From positions 62,001-126,000 of the forward strand of contig CP128819.1 of assembly GCA_051546255.1 (NCBI GenBank): DNA of 64,000 nucleotides. The letters run 5' to 3'. The position numbers were made by a program, and so were the translations under genes. Source of the stretch: Meyerozyma guilliermondii. Taxonomy: Eukaryota. The notes under the pieces are model-generated. The model ran no database searches. It saw only the letters and a program-made list of their open reading frames with translations, and was not told the DNA's origin. Below, piece by piece: positions 42,846 to 51,817 of the stretch (the stretch's first letter is position 1; each line of letters starts with the position of its first letter).

Positions 42846-44414
42846 CTACGGTGTGGGCTCTGGACTGGATTTTGCAGGAGCATTGGCAGGAGTATTACCA
42901 GGAGTATCGCCATGAGTATCAATTCTCAATTTTGTAGACTCGGAATCCAATTGACCAATTTTATACATACGATTTTCCACCTCCACCACTTGAAATTTTT
43001 CACTTTTTTCTTTTTCATCTTTCCATCCTAGTTTCCTCTCCAAGAGCTCAGCAACATCATCGCAGTAGCCCAATAATGATACATCGAAATTACAGTGGGT
43101 AATGGGGTCCCGATTTATAAGAATTTGTGGAACCGAAGGTGGTACTTTGTCCACTATATCGGCCACAGGAGCAACTTTCAAGGACGTTCCCACGCTTATT
43201 ACAAGGTCACATTCATGCAAATCTTCGTTGATGGTGTCGTGAAACTTGGCGGGAAGCAGTTCTCCGAAAAAAGTGATATCTGGTTTCATCACTCCATAAC
43301 TCTCCGGTACGTATGCGTCGTCTTTATCCATCAAGGCAAGACGAGAATTGGTACATTTTGTACAGTAGGCCACCTCTTTGTTCCGTATACATTCGAAGAT
43401 TTCGTGACCAGGAATGGTATTTTTACAGGTGACACAAGTAGCGGTTGCAAATGAACCATGGCATTGAACCACACGATCCGAATTAATGCCCACATTGCTT
43501 TCAAGATTATCAATATTCTGTGTGTAGTTTCGGAGTAGTATTCCCTTGTCGTCGAGGGTCTTTATAAACGCATGCATGGGCGTAAAGCTGTGCTCTGGAG
43601 GAAGAATCATGTGAGCAATCAGATAGAATACCGTAGGATCTGTGTGGAAAATGCCAAGATCAAACACATCCTGGGGATCCGAGAGCCCCAAGTGCTCTAG
43701 TTTGGCATAAAATCCTTGTGAAGAACGGAAATCTGGTATTCCTAAACTGGTGGATATACCAGCTCCAGATAAAACGAGGATTTTTTTGGCGGATTGGAGT
43801 CCATCAATAACATGTTCAAGTGAGTAAAAGTGTTCAAGACGGGTTCTCGTGGTGAGCACAGACTTCATTGCCTGGTTTAAAAGCCGAATAAGGCCCGATA
43901 TTTGGTCTCCAGTACCATCTATGGCGACGTCTCGAGGAACAAATCCAAGTCTCACTATCACCTCCAAAATGTTGCGGCTGGTAGCGGTGGTAGGGAGATA
44001 CTTTTGCAAGAACTCCACGGGTCCAAAAGTCTTGAGGAATACTCTGGTTTCCTCAATAGAAGATTCGTCGGGAGTTTCAGCGATTATCTGGCGAAATTCA
44101 GATTCAGATATGAGGTCCAAGTCGAGAGATTCCGACGAATCCGACTCGGCACCCGAACCGCCTCCCAGATCCACTACCACTTGTGTTTGGGGGTCAATTT
44201 CGTCTACATTCCCCTCGGCAGTCGTTTTATAGCCGCCCAAAGTCACGGGCATCTCCACGACCTCGGCACCATTTTCGCCATTTTCGACATTTTCCAGCAA
44301 TAAATCCTCACTGTCGCTTTCCGCGCAACTACCGTGCTTTAGCCTCTTCGCTGGCGGCTCCAGAACAGCACTGGGCGAACCAGAACGGGCCGGATGGTCG
44401 TCCAGCAGCAGCAT
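42846..44414 (-). CDS. HST1: NAD-dependent histone deacetylase, Sir2/Hst1 subfamily
   Basis: GAGISTSLGIPDFRS, YTQNIDNLE, QCHGSFATATC, VGTSLKVAPV; ATG 44414. HST1 versus SIR2 naming rests on synteny only. Confidence 0.88.
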   Translation of the reverse strand: MLLLDDHPARSGSPSAVLEPPAKRLKHGSCAESDSEDLLLENVENGENGAEVVEMPVTLGGYKTTAEGNVDEIDPQTQVVVDLGGGSGAESDSSESLDLDLISESEFRQIIAETPDESSIEETRVFLKTFGPVEFLQKYLPTTATSRNILEVIVRLGFVPRDVAIDGTGDQISGLIRLLNQAMKSVLTTRTRLEHFYSLEHVIDGLQSAKKILVLSGAGISTSLGIPDFRSSQGFYAKLEHLGLSDPQDVFDLGIFHTDPTVFYLIAHMILPPEHSFTPMHAFIKTLDDKGILLRNYTQNIDNLESNVGINSDRVVQCHGSFATATCVTCKNTIPGHEIFECIRNKEVAYCTKCTNSRLALMDKDDAYVPESYGVMKPDITFFGELLPAKFHDTINEDLHECDLVISVGTSLKVAPVADIVDKVPPSVPQILINRDPITHCNFDVSLLGYCDDVAELLERKLGWKDEKEKSEKFQVVEVENRMYKIGQLDSESTKLRIDTHGDTPGNTPANAPAKSSPEPTP

Positions 44415-44725
44415 AAAGAAACTGGAGGTGCGGCGATGATAATGGTGTGGTGTCTGGGTGCAAAGAAATGGAATGAAGAATAAATGAAGATAAATGAAAA
44501 GAAATGAAAAAAAATGAAGATAAAGGATGAATGACGAATAAGTGAAGAGTGCAGGAATTGACACGAAAGATAAATGATAAGTAAAGTTCGAAAGAACATC
44601 GTAATATTTTCAGCTAAGTGGGGGTCTAGGGCCCTGGCGCGCCGCAGGTGCATGGGTGCACCACCTGTCGTTTAAGTCGACACATTCCCTTTTTTTCTTG
44701 TTTCTTCAATTGTCAATTTTTTTCA

Positions 44726-46246
44726 ATGATTGACGGTGTGGAGTTCATTCAAACTCCGCCAGTGAAGGCGCCTCCAGCACCTAGTGCGGAGTGTGGTGTA
44801 AAGACAACAGCACTGCCTGCTATCAAAAATGCTCCACTTCCAGCCGATGGACCTGGTGCTCGTAGTTTTAGCAATTTGGCCATGGCAGGATTTGTGGTGT
44901 TGATTCCATACTTTGTGACCCGCAAGCTTGGCGGTGGGTTCAAGACGTGGTTGTTTTTTACGTTATTATTTGCACTTCCCATCATGATGGCTTACTGGAC
45001 TTTATTGTCTTCATATTCTCCTCGGATCAACCAAAAGGTTAAGCTTCCCAACAAGCCAATTAGCCACTACTTGGAATTCCACACCCCGGAACTCAAGGCT
45101 AAGTACGAAACGAGCAACAATGGCAAGGGAACCAAGATTCCCATGGAAACTTTTCAACAACTTTACTTTGACGGAAAGGTGAGTTTCAGAGGTGATTGTT
45201 TGGATGTGATGGAATACCGCCATGATTGGGCCAGTTTCCGGTTCACCCTTGGACTTTTCAGGTTTTTCTTGTTGGGAATGATTCCTGAGGTGATTTTCCA
45301 CTCGCAGAGTCAGGATGAAGAACAGGTCCGTGACCATTATGACCGTGGTGACGACTTCTACACCTGGTTTTTGGGCCCCAGAATGATATACACTTCGGGT
45401 GTCATCGGCGACATCACCAAGGAGGAAACTCTCGAGGAATTGCAAGACAACAAGTTGAGAATTGTTGCTGATAAAATCCAGTTGAAGGAAGGTGAAGAAG
45501 TGTTGGATTTGGGATGTGGTTGGGGTACCTGGGCCACATTTGCTTCGTCGCAATACGGAGCTGGAGTGACTGGTGTTACGTTAGGAAAAAACCAAACCAA
45601 ATGGGGTACTTCGTTGTTGGAAAAGTATGGTATTACTTCCAAGCAATCGAGAATTGCCTGTGTTGACTACAGAGACTCGCCAAAGAGTCAAAAGCCTAAC
45701 GGATTGTACGATAAGATCACCTGTTTGGAGATGGCAGAACATGTGGGAATCAGAAGATTGACCACTTTCTTCGAGCAAGTACATGATTCTTTGGAAGACG
45801 ATGGATTGTTCTTTTTGCAATATGCGGGATTGAGAAAAAGTTGGCAATACGAAGATTTGATCTGGGGTTTGTTCATGAACAAGTACATTTTCCCTGGAGC
45901 CGATGCATCTACTCCATTGACATTTGTGGTTTCTTGTTTGGAAAGTGCTGGATTTGAAGTTGTCTCCGTTGACAATATTGGAGTTCATTACTCGGCTACT
46001 TTGTGGAGATGGTACAGAAACTGGATGGGAAACAAGGACAAGGTTGTTGACAAGTATGGTATTAAATGGTTTAGAATCTGGGAGTACTTCTTGGCTTCTG
46101 CTACTCAAATTTCCAGACAAGGTTCAGCTACATGCTACCAATTTGTGTTGAGAAAGAATTTGAACAGCTACCACAGAATCAACTACGTTCCTACACAAAA
46201 GGGGTTGCAAGGACCAATTGCGCAGGGCACCAAGTGGGTGAAGTAG
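44726..46246 (+). CDS. MTS1: Sphingolipid C9-methyltransferase (CFA-synthase family)
   Basis: PAIKNAPLPADG, two TM segments, QVRDHYDRGDDFY, VLDLGCGWG, LEMAEHVG; ATG 44726. Confidence 0.92.
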   Translation: MIDGVEFIQTPPVKAPPAPSAECGVKTTALPAIKNAPLPADGPGARSFSNLAMAGFVVLIPYFVTRKLGGGFKTWLFFTLLFALPIMMAYWTLLSSYSPRINQKVKLPNKPISHYLEFHTPELKAKYETSNNGKGTKIPMETFQQLYFDGKVSFRGDCLDVMEYRHDWASFRFTLGLFRFFLLGMIPEVIFHSQSQDEEQVRDHYDRGDDFYTWFLGPRMIYTSGVIGDITKEETLEELQDNKLRIVADKIQLKEGEEVLDLGCGWGTWATFASSQYGAGVTGVTLGKNQTKWGTSLLEKYGITSKQSRIACVDYRDSPKSQKPNGLYDKITCLEMAEHVGIRRLTTFFEQVHDSLEDDGLFFLQYAGLRKSWQYEDLIWGLFMNKYIFPGADASTPLTFVVSCLESAGFEVVSVDNIGVHYSATLWRWYRNWMGNKDKVVDKYGIKWFRIWEYFLASATQISRQGSATCYQFVLRKNLNSYHRINYVPTQKGLQGPIAQGTKWVK

Positions 46247-46873
46247 ATGAAAGAGCCATAATTGAGATCAAGTCGAAGTTGGTAGAATTGAGTCAAGTAG
46301 ACAAGAAATCAAAATGGAAAAAGGAAGTAGTCAAAAAAGGAGTAGAGTTAAGTGAGGAATTGGTCAATTGTCAAGATTTGAGTCAATTGAGTCATGAGTC
46401 AAGTTAACAATGTAGTACCATTTGGAGACAATCAGTGCGAATTGCAAAATGCGAAATAAGAAATTTAGACAAAATTGAAGTAGACAATCAAAAAAGAATA
46501 TTCTTGAATTCACATTTAGAATTGAGAATACTCAATTCACAGTTCAATTGAACTCAATTGAATCAAATCGTCACCATTCGTTATTATATCATTGGTACTT
46601 TTTCCTCGGACTTTTGCCGGAGTTAGCCTCGGCCCGTGTATCCAGCACCCTTCCCTTGGCCCGACGTTATCCTACCAATCACCAGGCGCCGTGCGCGCGC
46701 CCCCGGCTTCGGCCCCGCGACTCGGCGCCCCGAGTCACCGCCGTCACATGGTTTTCCCCGGATGATCGGCCTGGCCCGGCGGGTTACCCGCTGCTGCGTC
46801 TGGGGTAGTGATTGCGGCCATAAATCCTATAAATACCCCCCAGCCCCTGTGGCCCCATTATTTTTGCCTAGAC

Positions 46874-48529
46874 ATGTCAAATCCTTTCCCCAAAACAGAG
46901 GACAAACTCAAGGGAGTTCAGATCCTTGCTTCGATTCCCGACAGATCCAAACACATTTTCAACCCTGAAGCCGTGGCTTTTGTAGCTACTCTTCATCGTG
47001 CTTTTAATGGTGAAAGAAAGAGATTGTTAGCCAATCGTAAGCAACAACAACAGTTGAGAGACCAGGGAGTGTTGCCAGACTTTCTTCCAGAAACCAAGCA
47101 TATCAGAGAAGATCCAACATGGACTGGACCACCATTGGCACCTGGATTACGTGACAGAAGAGTGGAAATTACCGGTCCTACTGATAGGAAAATGGTGATC
47201 AATGCTTTGAATTCCGGCGTGGCCACTTACATGGCTGATTTCGAAGACTCGTTAACTCCAGCTTGGGACAATTTGGTGGATGGACAAACCAACTTGTATG
47301 ATGCGGTCAGAAGAGACCTTAAATTTGAGTCTGGAGGAAAGAAGTATGAGTTGAAACTTGAGAACGGTAAACATATTCCCACGTTGATTGTGAGACCTCG
47401 TGGCTGGCACCTTGAGGAAAAGCATTTCTTGGTGGATGGAGAACCTGTTAGTGGAGGTATTTTTGACTTTGCCTTGTACTTTTTCAATAGTGCTAAGGAA
47501 GCCATTGCTCAAGGCTTTGGTCCATACTTCTACTTGCCCAAGATGGAGCACCATTTGGAGGCCAAGTTGTGGAACGACATCTTCAACTACTCGCAAGATT
47601 ACATTGGTATCAACCGTGGTACCATCCGTGGTTCGGTTTTGATTGAAACCTTACCCGCTGCGTTCCAAATGGACGAAATTATTTATCAATTGAGACAACA
47701 CATTGGTGGGTTGAACTGTGGAAGATGGGACTATATCTTTTCCTACATCAAATCGTTGAGAAACCACCCAGAATTCATTTTGCCAGACAGATCGCAGGTG
47801 ACGATGTCGGCACCTTTCATGTCGTCTTATGTTAAGCTTTTGGTGAACACATGTCACAAGAGACAAGTTCACGCTTTGGGAGGCATGGCAGCTCAAATTC
47901 CTATTAAGAATGACGAGCAAAGAAACAAGGCTGCTTTGGAAAATGTTGCCAAGGACAAGTTGCGTGAGGTTATGGCTGGATGCGATTCGTGTTGGGTTGC
48001 CCACCCAGCTTTAGTTCCTGTGGTTCTTAAGGTGTTCAACGAGCATATGAAGGGTCCTAACCAGATCAATGTGCCTCCAAGAACTCCATACAAGCCAGTT
48101 ACTGCCAGAGACTTGTTGAGTCCTTATGTTCCTGGTGCCAAGATCACCGAGCAAGGTATCAGAGCCAACTGTATCATTGGATTGTCTTACATCGAGGCAT
48201 GGTTACGCAATGTTGGTTGTGTTCCTATCAACTATTTGATGGAGGATGCTGCTACTGCTGAAGTGTCGAGAACGCAAATCTGGCAATGGGTTACTCATGG
48301 TGCCAAGACGGACAAGGGTGAGCTTATTACCAAGGAATATGTTGCCAAGTTGTTGCAAGAGGAGTACTCCAAGTTGGAGAAGGCTGCCCCATCTGGTAAC
48401 AAGTTTAAGAGAGCATTGGAATACTTTAAGCCCGAAGCATCGGCAGAGAAGTATTCTGATTTCGTCACCACGTTGATCTACGATGATGTCACCACCATTG
48501 GTAGACCCACCTCTGCGGAGAAGTTGTAG
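46874..48529 (+). CDS. MLS1: Malate synthase
   Basis: [46 protein letters not shown] 46874; ends EKL. Confidence 0.97.
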   Translation: MSNPFPKTEDKLKGVQILASIPDRSKHIFNPEAVAFVATLHRAFNGERKRLLANRKQQQQLRDQGVLPDFLPETKHIREDPTWTGPPLAPGLRDRRVEITGPTDRKMVINALNSGVATYMADFEDSLTPAWDNLVDGQTNLYDAVRRDLKFESGGKKYELKLENGKHIPTLIVRPRGWHLEEKHFLVDGEPVSGGIFDFALYFFNSAKEAIAQGFGPYFYLPKMEHHLEAKLWNDIFNYSQDYIGINRGTIRGSVLIETLPAAFQMDEIIYQLRQHIGGLNCGRWDYIFSYIKSLRNHPEFILPDRSQVTMSAPFMSSYVKLLVNTCHKRQVHALGGMAAQIPIKNDEQRNKAALENVAKDKLREVMAGCDSCWVAHPALVPVVLKVFNEHMKGPNQINVPPRTPYKPVTARDLLSPYVPGAKITEQGIRANCIIGLSYIEAWLRNVGCVPINYLMEDAATAEVSRTQIWQWVTHGAKTDKGELITKEYVAKLLQEEYSKLEKAAPSGNKFKRALEYFKPEASAEKYSDFVTTLIYDDVTTIGRPTSAEKL

Positions 48530-48711
48530 TCAAATAAGAAACAAACAAATACAAACGACAAATAACTGAAGTAAAAGTAGTGGAAACTGTAAAGATTGGA
48601 GAAACTTCGATAGTAATAGTCTGTGGTAGTTGTGCGGTATCAGTGGTGAAATTTGGTGTAGGATGTAAATTCACTCGCGATCATTTTTCAGCTCGCGTGG
48701 ATCACCTCCTC

Positions 48712-49341
48712 ATGTCCAGCAGAAAAGCCAGAGTCGTGGCTCTTGCGGTGTTTGCCGTGCTCATGATCCTCGCACTCCACCACACAACGCGTAGCAGAAT
48801 TCCCACAAATTTGGATACCGAGAAAAAAGCTCAAACGTTACTTACGTCAAATAGTCTCATTGACTCCAACAACGACGACAAGGTAGACGCGGCTATAAAC
48901 CACCAAATTTCGCAGTTGGGCACCGAGGATGAAGCCAAGCCGGAAACCAAGCCGGAAGCAGCGGAAACTGGCGAGTTTGATCCAGCCAAAGAACTTGTGA
49001 CAATTCGAGCACTTAGCCCAGTGGTGATTTTTTCAAAGACAACTTGTCCATTTTCCAAAAGACTCAAAGCTTTACTTCATGACAACTACCAGATCACTCC
49101 CCAGCCTGCTATTGTGGAATTGGACCGTCATACCCATGGTGCTGAGCTCCAAAAGTACCTTGCTGAAGTCAGCGGACGCAGGACCGTCCCAAATGTGTTG
49201 GTAGGAAAGTCGTCCAAGAGCCGAGGAGGAAGCGACGACATGATGGCGCTTCATGAAAGCGGCGAGTTGGTGCTGCTGTTGATCGAATGGGGAGAGAAAC
49301 TGGTGGATGTGAAGCAGGTGGAGGCGCCGTCTAATGTGTGA
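48712..49341 (+). CDS. Signal-anchored monothiol glutaredoxin (Grx6/Grx7 type)
   Basis: N-terminal TM (VVALAVFAVLMILAL), IFSKTTCPFS active site, RRTVPNV, RGGSDD; ATG 48712. Confidence 0.88.
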   Translation: MSSRKARVVALAVFAVLMILALHHTTRSRIPTNLDTEKKAQTLLTSNSLIDSNNDDKVDAAINHQISQLGTEDEAKPETKPEAAETGEFDPAKELVTIRALSPVVIFSKTTCPFSKRLKALLHDNYQITPQPAIVELDRHTHGAELQKYLAEVSGRRTVPNVLVGKSSKSRGGSDDMMALHESGELVLLLIEWGEKLVDVKQVEAPSNV

Positions 49342-49722
49342 AGAAGCCTAGAGAGAAGGGAAGAGAAGAAGACGCAGAAGTGATACGAGAAGAGAAGAGA
49401 AGAGCAGACTGATACGCTGGAGAATGTGAGCTAGAAGCCTGGTTTGCTTCTGATTGGGATGAGATTATAGAGAAGAATCTGACAGTAAAGAATCTGAGTA
49501 CTGAAGCTAGTAATGGTCTGATATTGAAAGTGACAACCAATATAATAGAAAATGATATAGCGTAAGACAGTAGACTGGACAAGGGACTGGAGAAGGTAAC
49601 AGTTTTGGAAGTCACCACCACTTGCCTATCTACCTTCTGCTCTTTCTATTTTTTCAACTTTCTCTTTTTCTTTCAAACTCTCTCTTTTTCTACACATTCT
49701 CGTCGCTTATTTATTACACCTA

Positions 49723-50238
49723 TTAAAACTTGGTGAATTGCTTGGACTTCGAAATCGAAGAAGCAACCTTCAACACATTGAATCTAATGGTCTTGGCAAT
49801 TGGTCTACATTGTCCAACAATGACAACATCTCCCTCTTGGACACGGAAAGCTGGAGAAACGTGAGCAGCCAAGTTCTTGTGTCTCTTCTCGTATCTGTTG
49901 TATTTTGGAACATAGTGCAAGTACTCTCTTCTGATGATAATGGTTCTGTGCATCTTGGTGGATACAACGGTACCGGTCAAAATCTTTCCTCTGATGGAAA
50001 CAGTACCGGTGAATGGACATTTCTTGTCAATGTAGTTGGCTTCAATGGCAGTCTTTGGGGTCTTGAATCCCAATCCAACATCCTTAACCCATCTCTTGGA
50101 TCTCTTGGTGACCTTGGCCTTTGGGTTGGTGAAGATGTGAGGTTGCTGGAGTTAGTTTGTGGACCTGGAGGGGTATATAGGGGGATAACTTACCTTTTGG
50201 AACGCTCTTTCGGATTGAACCGTCAATTCAGTAGCCAT
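49723..50238 (-). CDS. RPS11: 40S ribosomal protein S11 (uS17), spliced: exons 50238-50194 and 50145-49723, 155 aa
   Basis: [21 protein letters not shown]...[31 protein letters not shown]; 48-nt intron 50193-50146. Confidence 0.97.
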
Positions 50239-50292
50239 GATGAGTTGAGTGTTCTGAAAAATTTTCGAAACTGATTCGAGTGCGCGGGCGAG

Positions 50293-50308
50293 TAGGGCGG
50301 AGCCCTAG
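50293..50308. promoter_or_regulatory. Palindromic Tbf1-type ribosomal protein promoter element
   Basis: TAGGGCGGAGCCCTAG about 55 bp upstream of the RPS11 ATG, identical to the RPL37 element. Confidence 0.7.
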
Positions 50309-50504
50309 CACGAGCGCACGAACACGAGCACGAACGGCCAGGAGTGTGCGAACCAGTGTGCGAGCAAAGCGCGCGCACGACCGGACTGCACCAGCTTAGA
50401 GGTATTGTGGTGTTTGGTTGTGTTTGGCTTGTGCTCGGGCTCGGTGCATGGCTGCGCCCTGCACCCTTCGCACCTTTCGCACCTCACCTCACCTCTCTCT
50501 GTAC

Positions 50505-51647
50505 ATGTCCCTTCCCCGGCGAATACCGTCCCACCACCTGGCGGAGCAATCCCTCCTCAACCCCAACGACTCCTTGCGCTCAGTCTCTTCTTCTTCTGCT
50601 TCTATCCTAAGCACACCCAGTAATAACATTCGAAAGGTCCAACACCACCCCCAACACCATCCACAAAACCATCCTATTCTGGGTCGTTCCAACCACCAGG
50701 GAGGAGTTCTTGAACCCAAATCACGTAAACGAACCACTCCCCGGCCACGCACGAAAACCGCGCCGCTCAAAAGTAAACTTTTGGATCTTCAACTGCTGCG
50801 AAAGTATGCAAAACCCACAAAACAAACATCGTTTTCCACTAGTTTTGGACCTGGATACGACTATTCTGTGTTTGTTGATGCCACTACAGGCGAATTGGGA
50901 CCGCGGGCGGTCAAAGAGTCGCAAGTTAAGGCGTGGGAGTCGGCGGAACGAATCGCCGCAAATGTGATATTTGACTCTGATTCCGAGGACGAAGTCGAAA
51001 GTGCCACTCCGACTCGAAATCCGGAGCCAACAACGGTGTTGGAGGCAATTCCGGGCTATACAAAGGACGAGGTAAAGACAATGTGCCGTGAGTTTGATAC
51101 TCATGGATTTAATTCGCAGCCAATAATGACACCCACTCTGGGCATTGGACCCATTGAAACTTACCAGTATCGGCAGGACCAGCAATTGACTCAGTTTGCA
51201 TCGTTTGCAGGCAAACGAAAGCAGCAGGTGAGCAACAAAAAGGAACTTATTAGTCGGCTTTTCGGTTATAATAACAATTTGAACCAAGAGTACATGACAA
51301 ACAATACCGCCTATTCGGCTTTGGATAACGTGCTGAACATCCAAAAAGCTTTCCACGAGGACAAGGACGAGGTCAAACAGTTGATAGAATGTGAACAAGA
51401 GTACCAAATGGTGATGCAAGAAGCTCGCATAAAATTTGAGCGAAGTGGTTTTGCAGAAGATGAAAATATGGACCGAATAAAAGTTAGGGGAATTGTTGGC
51501 CAGAAGTTGGATATGATTTACAATCGGTACCTTCATGAACGCCTGGATGGACCAGATGGACGAATTGGGCAAGATGAAGACAATTTGTATGATGATCTCA
51601 ACCGCTATATTCTTGACCATTTGCGGCACGAACTCGAAGAGGACTAG
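50505..51647 (+). CDS. Hypothetical protein, about 380 aa
   Basis: Long ORF; likely ATG 50505 (MSLPRRIPS...); no motif recognised. Confidence 0.72.
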   Translation: MSLPRRIPSHHLAEQSLLNPNDSLRSVSSSSASILSTPSNNIRKVQHHPQHHPQNHPILGRSNHQGGVLEPKSRKRTTPRPRTKTAPLKSKLLDLQLLRKYAKPTKQTSFSTSFGPGYDYSVFVDATTGELGPRAVKESQVKAWESAERIAANVIFDSDSEDEVESATPTRNPEPTTVLEAIPGYTKDEVKTMCREFDTHGFNSQPIMTPTLGIGPIETYQYRQDQQLTQFASFAGKRKQQVSNKKELISRLFGYNNNLNQEYMTNNTAYSALDNVLNIQKAFHEDKDEVKQLIECEQEYQMVMQEARIKFERSGFAEDENMDRIKVRGIVGQKLDMIYNRYLHERLDGPDGRIGQDEDNLYDDLNRYILDHLRHELEED

Positions 51648-51817
51648 AGATGAGAGATAGGAATGAAATGGTAGTTATAAGAAATAGGAATGAAATGGTT
51701 CTTTTGATCTTGTTTGTTCCTGTTGCTCTCGGTGCATTTCCTAATTTTAAACCATATATTGTCGAAGTAAAGCCGAAATGCGAAAGAATTAAAAATGTCT
51801 ATAAAGATGGTTTCCAA

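Noticed and set aside
44460..44580. Phe/Leu-rich N-terminal extension of the sirtuin ORF (similar extensions on PRM1, SWI6, SMT3, MTS1, MLS1, SMD3)
   Set aside because: Arise from non-ATG starts or pyrimidine-rich UTR sequence; conserved homology begins at the downstream ATG.
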